Source: Nemertoderma westbladi (lineage: Eukaryota; Animalia; Xenacoelomorpha). Taken from it: a stretch of DNA of 37,388 bases. Both the position numbers and the translations under genes were made by a program. Where the stretch lies: positions 1 through 37,388 of the forward strand of contig JAUCBJ010007072.1 of assembly GCA_032718475.1 (NCBI GenBank). The letters run 5' to 3'. Shown one piece after another: positions 10,855-22,871 of the stretch (position 1 is the first letter of the stretch; every line of letters begins with the position of its first letter). The notes beneath the pieces were generated by a model. It worked only from the letters and a program-made list of their open reading frames with translations. It was not told the DNA's origin and did no database searches.

Positions 10855-11410
10855 ACTAACCGGTACTACGTACCCTCTTACTAACTCTAACTCTCTCTAC
10901 TAACGGTACTACGTACCCTCTAATTCTAACTAACTAACGGTACTACGTACCCTCTAACTCTTACTCTCTAACGGTACTACGTACCACCCTCTAACTCTTA
11001 CTCTCTAACGGTACTGCGTACCCTCTAACTCTTACTCTCTAACGGTACTGCGTACCCTCTAACTCTTACTCTAACTAGCGGTACTACGTACCACCCTCTA
11101 ACTCTTACTCTCTAACGGTACTACGTACCCCTTAACTCCTACTCTCTAACGGTACTGCATACCCTCCTACTACTCTAGCTCTCTCTACTAGCTAGCGGTA
11201 CTACGTACCCTCTAACTCTTACTCTAACTAGCGGTACTACGTACCCTCTAACTCCTACTCTCTAATGGTACTGCGTACCCTCCTACTACTCTAGCTCTCT
11301 CTACTAGCTAGCGGTACTACGTACCCTCCTACTACTCTAGCTCTATCTACTAGCTAGCGGTACTACGTACCCTCTAACTCTCTAACTAACTAACTAACTA
11401 ACTAACTCTT
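10855..11410. repeat. Variable-length (about 34-46 bp) tandem array with a conserved GGTAC-TAC-GTACC core
   Basis: About 14 copies of cggtact(a/g)cgtacc separated by ctct/ctaa-rich linkers. Confidence 0.9.
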
Positions 11411-11460
11411 ACTACCTAACTTCTACCTACTCTATTATTTAATTATCTTCTTATTTTTAA

Positions 11461-14400
11461 TTAAATAATTATTTTATATTTTGTGCGTGGGAAGGGCGTC
11501 TCGCCCTCATTCCCACCCCCCTCAGTCCAAAACTTTAGACGACTAAAAACTCTCAGGTGCCCCTTCTTCCAGTAGGCACTCTCCCGCTGCCCTCCTATAG
11601 GTCCTCTAACTCTTCGCCACACTCTCTTCGACACTACCTCCGCTAGCCTCCCCCTTCGTATGTGCGCTGGCATTAAAGGCCTCGACGACCCCCGCTCGTT
11701 CCTTGGTACACATGGCGTCTGCCCGTGCAATGCCCCCTCGCACTGTGTCCGTCCTGCGTGTGTATGCAACACGCCTCCTTCTACTTTCCCGACTCCCTTG
11801 TGTTTGCTAATGGGCTTCTCTGCCCCTGGTTTAGTCCTTTCATATCCTCTCCCTTTCCAACACTCTCCGGATCTGTGTCCTTTTACCACACATCGATGAC
11901 ATAGTCCGTTTGCGTCTGTGTAGGCTACACGATCTCGTTTGGGCAACGCTTGCCAGTACTTGCAACTCCTGGTCTTATGGGTTCCGTCCCGATGTAATTG
12001 ACATTGGAATCCTGGATTATAGCGTTTCCTGTATAGTCCTTCACGTATCGCGCTTAGGTTTATATGTACCGATTTAATGTTTTGGTTGTCTAGACTCAGC
12101 CTACTGGGTATAGTGGGATTGTGTTTATTTTTGGTGTTATTTTCTTTCTGTCCCCGCCACGGTGTGGCCCTGCTACCAGCTAACTGTGGACTAGCAGTCC
12201 CCTGTATAGCCGCGTGTGGTGGTGACTGTCCGCACGACCTGTTCTCGTCCAGGGAGTTCGATGTTCTTGCTCCTATTGGGGTATATTGTCGATATTGTGA
12301 TGGGGGAATGTCACCCTGTCCCCCCCTGGCCGGTATGTTTGGTGCTGGGGTTGATGTTAATATATTGGGGCCCATACATCTATCTCCAATAACTCATGTC
12401 CCTGTGTATTATAGTCATGCTGCTGTACCGATATAGGCCTATCTACTTCTCGCCTACCTACCGGTATGTACTCCGCGACTTCCGGGTTTAATCCCGTCGT
12501 TCGCGCTACCCTATCGCCTACTCTATCTCTCCCAGCATGGCCTATAATAGTATGTGCAGTAAGGCCTACAGTATGCCCTGCAGTCTGCATGTGCCCTTCC
12601 GAACCGAAGTTTATTCTTCGCGAATCTCGAATCTCCCCGCGACTACTGCACTCTCGATCGGCAGCTATATCCCGTCGGGAAGCTTCTCTTCGATCCCCTC
12701 TCCTGTTCTCGACTTTGTATTGGTACCTCCTGTACCCCTCTCCTGGCGTGCGGTGCGTTTCTCCGGGGCGACGGCAATCTCCCGAAGTTCGACCCCACTG
12801 ACTCCCTAACTCCTTCTCTACTATCGACGGTCCGCTATCTGTCCTCACACTGCTATCGTTCGTGGCGACACTTCTCCTACTATCTTCTCTTCTTCCCCTT
12901 TTCGTGTAGTATTCCAGCTCGTGAGATCTCTCGTCGACCTCCCGGTTAAACTCCACTGTTCTTCTTCCCTCTTCTAATCGGGCTCGACGCTTCGTCTGCC
13001 CTCTCGCGACGTCAACCTGCTTCTCTCTACTCGATCGCACGCCGCCGGGGACACTCGCAATCCCCCTATTACTCTCCGTCGCCAGGTGTTGCGGTTTACC
13101 TGATTCGGCCCGCGCATTATCCGCTGACGGCTGTGGGACACTCTCTGCCCCCCCTCTCTCTCTACTAACGGGGTGTCCGTAGCCCCCCCCCCCCCACCCG
13201 CCACTTCTAACTTCACTATCTCTTACTACACTTCTGCGTCCCTCTTGTCGGACATTCTCTACCCCCCTTCTCTCGCCACTAATCTTTCGTGGTGGGGCTC
13301 CTGTAGCCCCCCCCCCACCCGCTACTTCTAACTTCACTACCTCCTACTACACCTCTACACCCCTCTTGTGGGGCATTCTCTGCCCCCCCTCTCTCGCCAC
13401 TAGTCTTACGTGGTGGGGCTCCTGTAGCCCCCCCCCCCCCCCCCCACCCGCTACTTCTAACTTCACTACCTCCTACTACACCTCTACACCCCTCTTGTGG
13501 GGCATTCTCTGCCCCCCCCCCCCTCTCTCGCCACTAGTCTTATGTGGTGGGGCGCCGGTAGCCCCCCCCCCCCACTCGCCACATCTAGCTTCACTATCTC
13601 TTACTTTGTCTCTACACCCCTCTCTAGTCGACGCACTGTCTCTACTACGGCTGGGTCTATTCACCCCCGCCTCTCTCTCTACTACTGCGTGGCCCATCAG
13701 GCCCACCTCGGGTTGGCTCAACCCCGCTACCTCCTGCCTACCAACTACGTGGCCTACCAGGCCGCCGTCGGGTTGGCTCAGCCCCGCCACCTCCTGTCTA
13801 CTAACTGCGTGGCCTACCAGGCCGCCGCCTGCCGGGCTATACACGTCTGACACGCTCATATTAATAGCACCATTCCCAATATTATTTGTTAAATCAATTA
13901 AATTATTAGAATTTGAAACGGGATTATTATTTAAATTATTTAAATTACTTAGATCACTACTATTCTCTAAACTTAAATTATTATTCGAATTATTTTGCGG
14001 GTTTGAATTGAAATTATTATTTAGAGTATTTGTATTTAAATTTAAATTACTACTACCCGGTAAAATATTATTTCCTGTAATAAAGGGATTAGGGTTATCT
14101 ACTACGGTACTATTAATATTAACTACTTCTAACGTACTATTACTACCCCCCTGCCCGTACGGCTACACCAGTTCTGGTTCTCTCGCCCGGTGTCTGTAAG
14201 TGGGGTCTCACTCTCTGACAGTTCCAACCGCGCCAGTTCTAGTCGGCGCTGATTCAGTTTGGCTTGATGTTGCATAATCCCCCTTAGTAGGGCATGCAAA
14301 TAATCCCGCCTGCGCTTACACTCTATCCCTCTCTGTCGCATATCCTGCTCGGCTGACTCTGCCACTCTCGCAACCATCTCAAGCCGCCTCGCCGGCTCGT

Positions 14401-15412
14401 TCTCTACTCCCATCTCTCGCTCTCTACACTCCTTGGCTCTCTCTCTAGACTCCTCGGCTTTCTCTCTATACTCCCTTTCCGACTCTCCTAACTCCTCTGA
14501 GAATGCGGTTTCCTCTCTCAATTGTCTCTCTAACCCATCCTGCTCATTCGCCACCATTTCCAATCTACACTCCAGATTCATCTCCCGCACCCTTCTTTCT
14601 TTTACGGAGGATGTAGCAGACTTATCGGTTGCGACGGACTCCCACCGCCCCTCCGTCCTACTAACTTTCCCCCGCCTCCCAGAACTTCCTCCAACCGATG
14701 AGACCGAATCCTCGGAGTTAACCTCGGATTCGCCCTCCTCAGGTCTCTTCCAACCCACTAATTTTACTCCCCGGGCATCGACTAAGTATGGCCCTATGTA
14801 CACTACACTAGGTTCCATACCCCCACATTCCCATAGTTCAAACAGTTCGCTGGCAACCCCTTTTGCTCTCTCCTCGGCTAGTTCTCTCTGCCCAAAACGC
14901 ATTAGGTAATCAAAGTGTCTATTCGACTCACCTAGTCGTTTCCTCAGTCTCACCTCGTCTATCTTCGCCCCTCCTTTGGCCTCTCTCAGTTGCTCCCGGG
15001 TCGCGAGGTAGGCCCGTCGAAGTCGATCAGAAACCCCGACGTCCTCGTCACCGACCTCTCCTCCATCTCTCCGGGTCCGACGTCGTACCGACGGCCCCAC
15101 CGTCGCCGTTCCGGTGGACCGTTCGTCGTCCTCGGCCTGTGGCTGGCCGGCGACATTGGTACGTCAACCCTCGCTCCGCGTCGACTCATCTTCCTCTTCT
15201 CCTCCCGACTCGATTTCTCTTTGTAGACGACCCCCCACATCTTGGTTCGCCGGGTCGCTCGTTATCCACGTGGCGTCAACATGCGTCGACGTGGTCGGCG
15301 TAGCATCGACCGGCGTCGTGGGTTCGTATCGTCTCGCCGTGGCCTCGCGGATCGTTAGATCGTCGTCCGGGGTCCGCGGCGGTGTCGTTCCTTTCTCTCG
15401 ACTCATTTTCAT
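11461..15412 (-). pseudogene. Disrupted Gag-like ORF with BEL/Pao-like tandem zinc knuckles
   Basis: 15412-15164 and 15100-14129 are in one frame separated by a TGA. The reading continues through frameshifts into an Asn-rich segment and R/E/G-rich repeats, and ends with CQLHRDGTHKTRSC-x18-CHRCVVKGHRSGEC. Several breaks fall in poly-C runs and may be assembly errors. Confidence 0.7.
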
Positions 15413-15429
15413 CTTTGGTGGCTGGCAGC

Positions 15430-15575
15430 CACAGTCTGTCAGGCCAGTTGGTTGGATCTAGTTCTGTCACTGTCAGACTGTTAGGGCAGCTGCTAGGATT
15501 CTATCTCTGTCAGGGCAGCTGGGCGGATCTGATTCTGTCACTGTCAGGGCAGCTGGGCGGATCTGATTCTGTCAC
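15430..15575 (-). repeat. ~34-bp leader repeats reiterating the PBS-position sequence
   Basis: ctgtcagggcagctgggcggatctgattctgtca twice, plus degenerate copies. Confidence 0.8.
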
Positions 15576-16124
15576 TGTGACAGGATCTACGGATCCCGGT
15601 TTATCCGTTGGGTTTTCTATCTACGCGTCCCCGCCGTGTGTGAAAGGTAAAAGAGTTCTGATGTTCGGTAATATGTATAAAGGTATAATAGTCTGATATA
15701 GCACAGTATAGTATGACACGGTTACCGGTAGATAAGTATGATGGCGGTAGCGGACGGTGACAGAAGTCCCCGTTCCACCCTACTGATCTGACTGAGTAAA
15801 CTAAACTGAATAGGGAAGCACCAACAGGTAATATATGTACTGCACAGTTGGCCATATTACTGTACCTAGTCGATGCTGTCCCCCCATTGGCTAATATCCC
15901 ACTTCTCGCCCTTTCACCTTCCCTGGTGTGTTTCCCGTTGCCCCTGTTGTTCTCTCTCTGTTAGGGGTTTGGCCCCTGACCCTTATTGTGTGTGTCTCCT
16001 TTGGGGCCTATTGTCCCCGTTTACTGGGCTGACACGAGGTTGATTGGTAATCAACCTCGTGCTCCCAATATTGCTCAACGGCTTACTTTGTGGGTTCATG
16101 TTAGCGGAATTGGATAAGCTAACA
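15576..16124 (-). repeat. 5' LTR of family B element
   Basis: Direct repeat of 9299-9847. Confidence 0.95.
15804..15892 (-). promoter_or_regulatory. Putative LTR Pol II promoter (CCAAT, TATA-like, Inr)
   Basis: Minus strand GCCAAT (~15890), CATATATTA (~15837), TTCAGTT (15810-15804). The same order recurs in the family B LTRs at 21807, 31682 and 5630. Confidence 0.55.
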
Positions 16125-16505
16125 TATATGTTTGTCACAAAGGCCTGAAATGGTTGTAATTCCCTGCATAGACCACTATGAGCACGTCTGAGTTTGATAT
16201 TTTTTAATTAGTTTGTTGATTATTAATTAGTTTATTACTTTCTTTTGCTTTTGACAGGCTCCAACCTGCCTTAGAGTTCACAGGCCTAATTGAAGACTTC
16301 CAGACGGTTCAGCAGTTCAGCACGTCGAACACGATAACACAGGATAACAACAGGTTTCAGTCATCACAATCAGTATATTATTATTCATATCCCTACCGGT
16401 ACTTATGCACTTACGGTACTTATAGTTAGGTCCTCAAGTTACAACCTCAATCCTTTCACTTTAACACTATTAGGTCCTATTTTTACTACACTTTTTTACT
16501 ACGAC

Positions 16506-19258
16506 TTTCCTACAGTTCAACCACTCTATCTCTCTAACTACCCTTTCGTACAGTTCAACCACTCTGTCTCTCTAACTAACCCTTTCCTACAGTTCAACCA
16601 CTCTGTCTCTCTAACCTAACCCTTTCCTACAGTTCAACCACTCTGTCTCTCTAACTAACCCTTTCATACAGTTCAACCACTCTGTCTCTCTAACTAACCC
16701 TTTCGTACAGTTCAACCACTCTGTCTCTCTAACTAACCCTTTCATACATTTCAACCACTCTGTCTTTCTAAATAACCCTTTCCTACAGTTCAACCACTCT
16801 CACTTTCCCTAACTAACCCTTTCGTACAGTTCAACCACTCTGTCTCTCTAACTAACCCTTTCCTACAGTTCAACCACTCTATCTCTCTAACTAAACCTTT
16901 CCTACAGTTCAACCATTCCGTCTCTCTAACTAACCCTTTCCTACAGTTAAACCACTCTGTCTCTCTAACTAACCCTTTCGTACAGTTCAACCACTCTGTC
17001 TCTCTAACTAACCCTTTCCTACAGTTCAACCACTCTATCTCTCTAACTAAACCTTTCCTACAGTTCAACCATTCTGTCTCTCTAACTAACCCTTTCCTAC
17101 AGTTCAACCACTCTGTCTCTCTAACTAACCCTTTCCTACAGTTCAACCACTCTATCTCTCTAACTAAACCTTTCCTACAGCTCAACCACTCTGTCTCTCT
17201 AACTAACCCTTTCCTACATTTCAACCACTCTGTCTCTCTAACTAACCCTTTCGTACAGTTCAACCACTCTGTCTCTCTAACTAACCCTTTCCTACAGTTC
17301 AACCACTCTATCTCTCTAACTAAACCTTTCCTACAGTTCAACCACTCTGTCTCTCTAACTAACCCTTTCCTACATTTCAACCACTCTGTCTCTCTAACTA
17401 ACCCATTCCTACAGTTCAACCACTCGGTCTCTCTAACTAACCCTTTCCTACAGTTCAACCACTCTGTCTCTCTATCTAACCCTTTCATACAGTTAAACCA
17501 CTCTGTTTCTCTAACTAACCCTTTCCTACAGTTCAACCACTCTGTCTCTCTAACTAACCCATTCCTACAGTTCAACCACTCTGTCTCTCTAACTAACCCT
17601 TTCCTACAGTCCAACCACTCTCTCTTTATCTCTCTAACTAACCCTTTCCTACAGTTCAACCACTCTGTCTCTCTAACTAACCCTTTCATACAGTTAAACC
17701 ACTCTGTTTCTCTAACTAACCCTTTCATACAGTTAAACCACTCTGTTTCTCTAACTAACCCTTTCCTACAGTTCAACCACTCTGTCTCTCTAACTAACCC
17801 ATTCCTACAGTTCAACCACTCTGTCTCTCTAACTAACCCTTTCCTACAGTCCAACCACTCTCTCTTTATCTCTCTAACTAACCCTTTCCTACATTTCAAC
17901 CACTCTGTCTCTCTAACTAACCCTTTCCTACAGTTCAACCACTCTGTCTCTCTAACTAACCCTTTCATACAGTTAAACCACTCTGTTTCTCTAACTAACC
18001 CTTTCCTACAGTTCAACCACTCTGTCTCTCTAACTAACCCTTTCGTACAGTTCAACCACTCTGTCTCTCTAACTAACCCTTTCGTACAGTTAAACCACTC
18101 TGTCTCTCTAACTAACCCTTTCCTACAGTTCAACCACTCTGTCTCTCTAACTAACCCATTCCTACAGTTCAACCACTCTGTCTCTCTAACTAACCCTTTC
18201 GTACAGTTCAACCACTCTGTTTCTCTAACTAACCCTTTCGTACAGTTAAACCACTCTGTCTCTCTAACTAACCCTTTCCTACAGTTCAACCACTCTGTCT
18301 CTCTAACTAACCCTTTCATACAGTTAAACCACTCTGTCTCTCTAACTAACCCATTCCTACAGTTCAACCACTCTGTCTCTCTAACTAACCCTTTCCTACA
18401 TTTCAACCACTCTGTCTCTCTAACTAACCCTTTCCTACAGTTCAACCACTCTGTCTCTCTAACTAACCCTTTCATACAGTTAAACCACTCTGTCTCTCTA
18501 ACTAACCCATTCCTACAGTTCAACCACTCTGTCTCTCTAACTAACCCTTTCGTACAGTTCAACCACTCTGTCTCTCTAACTAACCCTTTCGTACAGTTAA
18601 ACCACTCTGTCTCTCTAACTAACCCTTTCCTACAGTTCAACCACTCTGTCTCTCTAACTAACCCATTCCTACAGTTCAACCACTCTGTCTCTCTAACTAA
18701 CCCTTTCGTACAGTTCAACCACTCTGTTTCTCTAACTAACCCTTTCGTACAGTTAAACCACTCTGTCTCTCTAACTAACCCTTTCCTACAGTTCAACCAC
18801 TCTGTCTCTCTAACTAACCCATTCCTACAGTTCAACCACTCTGTCTCTCTAACTAACCCTTTCGTACAGTTCAACCACTCTGTCTCTCTAACTAACCCTT
18901 TCGTACAGTTCAACCACTCTGTCTCTCTAACTAACCCTTTCCTACAGTCCAACCACTCTCTCTTTCTCTCTCTAACTAACCCTTTCGTACAGTTCAACCA
19001 CTCTGTCTCTCTAACTAACCCTTTCCTACAGTTCAACCACTCCCTCTCTCTCTAACTAACCCTTTCCTACAGTTCAACCACTCTATCTCTCTAACTAAGC
19101 TTTTCGTACAGTTCAACCACTCTCTCTTTCACTCTCTAACTAACCCTTTCGTACAGTTCAACCACTCTGTCTCTCTAACTAACCCTTTCGTACAGTTAAA
19201 CCACTATGTCTCTCTAACTACCTCTTTCATACAGTTCAACCACTCTGTCTCTCTAACC
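16506..19258. repeat. 39-bp satellite/minisatellite, ~70 copies
   Basis: Consensus ttcctacagttcaaccactctgtctctctaactaaccct with a few recurring variants and occasional 45-bp units. Confidence 0.97.
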
Positions 19259-20351
19259 TCCCTGTGTCGGGGCTCATTTTAGACATTTTTAGTTTTATTC
19301 ATATCTTGGCTGAAAAAATTATGAAATTATTGGAAAATGGTATGTATTTAATATGGCGAGTTGAATAGTCGTAATTTTGTAACCTTGAAGCGAACCCAAA
19401 CAGATAGCGGATGTGTGTGAGTTTTCGTCAATTTAAATGTTCTGTATATACTGTTACATGAAAATTGAAATATTTTCGATGTTATTGGTTTTCCAGGAGG
19501 CTGATCAACACAAAACTTGTTAAAAATATTTATGGTAGTGCAACCATCTTGTCTTGCCAATCTTGTTTGATGAAAATTACAAGTAACGTAAAATTTCAAA
19601 CTGATAAAGGTGGAATTTGGTTGGATATTTTTGAAGTAATACGGGTTTTCGAGGTCTCTGATCACAATAGAACTTTTTACAGACCTTTTATGGTCGTGCA
19701 ACTATCAAATTTAGTATAATTTTTTGCTACTTGTATTTTTATGCTACATTGGTTTGATACATATTTGAAAATACCACAATCAATAAGAAATTATATTTTT
19801 GAGTGTCACATCTGTGTTTAGCATCCCAAAAAACCCATAAGGTCATGATAGAATCAGGTTGATTTGGTGAATATTTTTGATTTCAAATTTTCACTAGTTG
19901 TTTTTTCCGTGCCACATAGAGGTGGCGTATACCAAATTACCAGAAATTACCTCGTATGTGACATTTGAGTTCCATAATCATGATCAGCATCCAAAAAAAC
20001 CAATACACCGCAATTTTGTTTATTTTAAGGGGACAGCATTTTTTTGAAAATATCAGTACGAAAAATTTTGAAGATGGTTGTTATAATGGAAGCACAGCAC
20101 GAAAACCAACAAGCTATTTAATTGCCGTTTGCGTTGTGGATATCCAAGATACAGTTGAATTACTGATAAATTTCTAAAGGTACCTCCGGGTCCAGATAAC
20201 GGTGTTGCAATCGTAAAAATATGATGTTTAAATATAGTATGTTTGTTGATATTTTTTTGTTAGTTGTTCTGCTTTAACGTTGTTGTAAATAAAAATTCGT
20301 AGTAATGGTGGTTATTTATAATCTGTATGAGGTGAGAGGGAGGGGGGGGGG

Positions 20352-20664
20352 GGACCTTCGAATACGTAATTCGACACTAGAACAAAATCGCCTCCGCTTT
20401 GCAGGACATTGCTTTCGCCGTGAGGACCAGCCAGTGCATAATCTTGTACTTTGGCAGCCTCATGGAGTGAATAAGCATGGTGGACAGCCCATGACTTTCT
20501 TGAGACGCATCTTAAAGGACACTGGCCTTAAAGATGTGGATGATCTAGCAAATGTCATGGGTGATAGGGAGTTGTGGCGGTGCAATTTTGTTGACAAGCC
20601 GGCACAGCATTCTTAAAAATGCAGCTGCAATGCAGCATGCTGATCCTAGTAGTAGTAGTAGTAG
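20352..20664 (+). mobile_element. RTE-clade LINE copy 2, 5'-truncated and internally deleted
   Basis: DLRIR joined to TLEQNRLRFAGHCFR...QHS*, same 3' UTR as copy 1, tail (TAG)6. Confidence 0.88.
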
Positions 20665-22399
20665 TCAACGGTGGCGTCGTATGCCGGAGTGATAAATACG
20701 CAGAGGTATTTGGACAGGTTGACGCCACAGAACCGGGGAGAGTTCAGAGATCTCTTGGCGGAGCATGTGCCGCGGGCTATGAAAGTGATCCTATGGGACG
20801 CCACTAGGGGGAAACAACAGGGCCATTCGGAGGGGCCACCCACGAAACGATACCGGGAGCTAATAACACCAGCGCCCAAGGAGTCGACAACGGGAATCAG
20901 TAGAGAGGTGATGGCAAGGATCAGGAACCTAAAAGGGGATAAGAGCAAGGGAGCGGCAACGACCAGGAAACGACCGAGGGGGGAGGACGACAGAGGGAAG
21001 GAGTTGAGATGGTTCCCAAGGTCAGGTGGAGCGAACTAGAACTTAGATGTGGAGATGCCTGGAAGGCACCACATGTGAAGTAATATGAACTCCTAAGTGC
21101 AAATTTAATTAAAAGTGCAATTAGTATGTACGTATGTAATAATCATTAGTATAGAATATAATCATATAACTAATATAACCAAAGTAAGTACTATAGTCAT
21201 GTAACCTTTTTCCAACTAGCTAGTGGGACTGGGGGCCAATCGACTATGACAGGAGGACGGGAGACTAGACGTAGCACTACACACTCGACACCTCTTAAGT
21301 GCGATGGCACGGAAGGGGAGGGTGAGGCTCGTCAGGAGTAAATGGGCTAGAGTAAATAGAGGTTGAGTATAGAACGCGCGGAGAGAGTGCGGGTGCAATT
21401 CAAGTGTGGGGGGGGGGGGGGAGTAAGAGGTAGAGTGAGGGACAAGGAGGTCCGAGAGTTAAAGCGGAAGTAGAGAGAAGTAGAGGAGAGTCAGGGTGAG
21501 AGTGGAGAAGTTAGAGTCAGTCAGAGCGGAGTTAGAGTGGAGAGAGCAGTGGGGAGATGAAAATTGTGTGAGAGTGAGAGAAATCCACAATTGTCTCGAC
21601 CTGAGACACCAGATGTCTTGGTGTAACATAGATGAAGTTGCACCAAGAGAGGGTAGCAATATCATACCCATAGGGAGCGGCCTGGAAAGCCGGCTCCAAG
21701 AAAGAGAATTCCACCCCACACCCGATAGTAGATCAGGTTCCAGCGGAATTGAAGCGCACTCCCAGGTGATGCTATCTTCTCACCGGGAAGATACCATGGG
21801 GGGGTGTGTGAGCGGATTCAATTCCGCCCACCACCCCATAAAGTTGGGAAGTGGCACCTTTTAGCAATATTGGGGATACAAGGCTAATCCCCAATTAACC
21901 TCGTATCACACACCCAATAAACGGGGACAACAAACCCCGAAGGGCCACACAAAGGGAGGTCAGAGGTTAAACCTCTGGGAGAGAAAAGTGACAGCAGCGG
22001 GGGGGGGGGGGGGGGGGAAACACTCCCACAGAGGTGGGAGCCGAGAATTAGGTTTTTGGCCAATCAGAGTCAAAGTAACTGCATCCGCTAAGTAATAAGG
22101 CCACAAGTACAGTAGGTAATCAATATATTACCGGTCAGTATCCATATCATAATTCAGCTTTCTCAGTCACTCAGGGCAGTACGGTGACACTTTAACACCG
22201 TCACCGCCGCCATCAATATATTACCGTACAACATTTACCGGTAACTTTGCTTCAGTTATCTCATGCTATCACTCTATATTATAAATTATATTACCGAAAT
22301 CTATTAACAATATTTGAACAACAATAACCAACTGTTTTCTTAACCGTGCGGCGACGCGTAAATAAACCAAACTGGTCGGGATCCCCTGATCCCATCACA
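20665..22399 (+). mobile_element. 3' part of a diverged family B LTR element (internal remnant, PPT, 3' LTR)
   Basis: 21390-21806 is homologous to the reverse complement of 9848-10178 (e.g. atcatacccatagggagcggcctggaaagccg); G-run PPT before 21807. Confidence 0.8.
21807..22399 (+). repeat. Family B LTR (593 bp)
   Basis: TGTGAGCGGATTCAATTCCG...GGGATCCCCTGATCCCATCACA; colinear with the element B LTR (taaacggggacaa, CCAAT, atatattacc). Confidence 0.82.
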
Positions 22400-22871
22400 C
22401 TAAATTTTACGGCATCCCAGGACATCGTCACACTTAACCCTGATCTATGGTCTTATGGCGGGCAAAGGCATCGAACAAAGTCTTACCTCGGGCATGGGCA
22501 CTGTTTGGCTGCCGAATCATGTTCAAATGGGCCTGGGTGAAATAGTGCGGGTTCCCAAATGCGATGTGGGCATTCCCCCCCCCCCCCCCCCCCCCCCCCT
22601 TGCATTGCTGTGGCCCATAGATTTAGGCAGCGATTTTCTAACATCGGCTGTTCAAGATAGATACGTTAAAAGTTACCTATTCAGAGTTTTCAGTGTATTC
22701 TTAATGTAAGCAAACAGTTTAAACAAATTAACCAAGTTTTACAAAATACCAACTTAAACTAAGCAATTCCTAGTATTACAAGTGAGGTAAATAGTAACTA
22801 AAGTTATACGTTAGTTTGAAATTAAATTAATTAAATTAAATTGAAATAAAGATGTACAAAAATATAAATTT

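Larger units (their letters stand above)
9299..16124 (-). mobile_element. Complete non-autonomous (pol-less) LTR retrotransposon, family B, 6826 bp
   Basis: Two 549-bp TG...CA LTRs differing at two positions that I could see; 5-bp TSD TATAT (9294-9298 and 16125-16129); PPT; broken Gag-like ORF; no PR, RT, RNase H or IN motifs seen. Confidence 0.95.

Noticed and set aside
10415-11410. CRISPR-like array / 88-aa repeat ORF
   Set aside because: Linkers are related low-complexity sequence, not unique spacers; no cas genes; eukaryotic context. The ORF merely reflects a 69-bp unit.
13366-15696. Plus-strand ORFs within element B
   Set aside because: Antisense shadows of the minus-strand Gag-like frame.
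16258-16353. Possible plus-strand exon (polypyrimidine-AG, open frame, GT)
   Set aside because: Weak donor and no supporting neighbouring exons or homology.
16790-19036. 748-aa protein-coding gene
   Set aside because: Non-ATG start, pure satellite translation and frame breaks at the array edges; kept only as a low-interest finding.
19263-20300. Possible non-autonomous DNA transposon and short ORFs
   Set aside because: Could not identify TIRs, a TSD or protein motifs.
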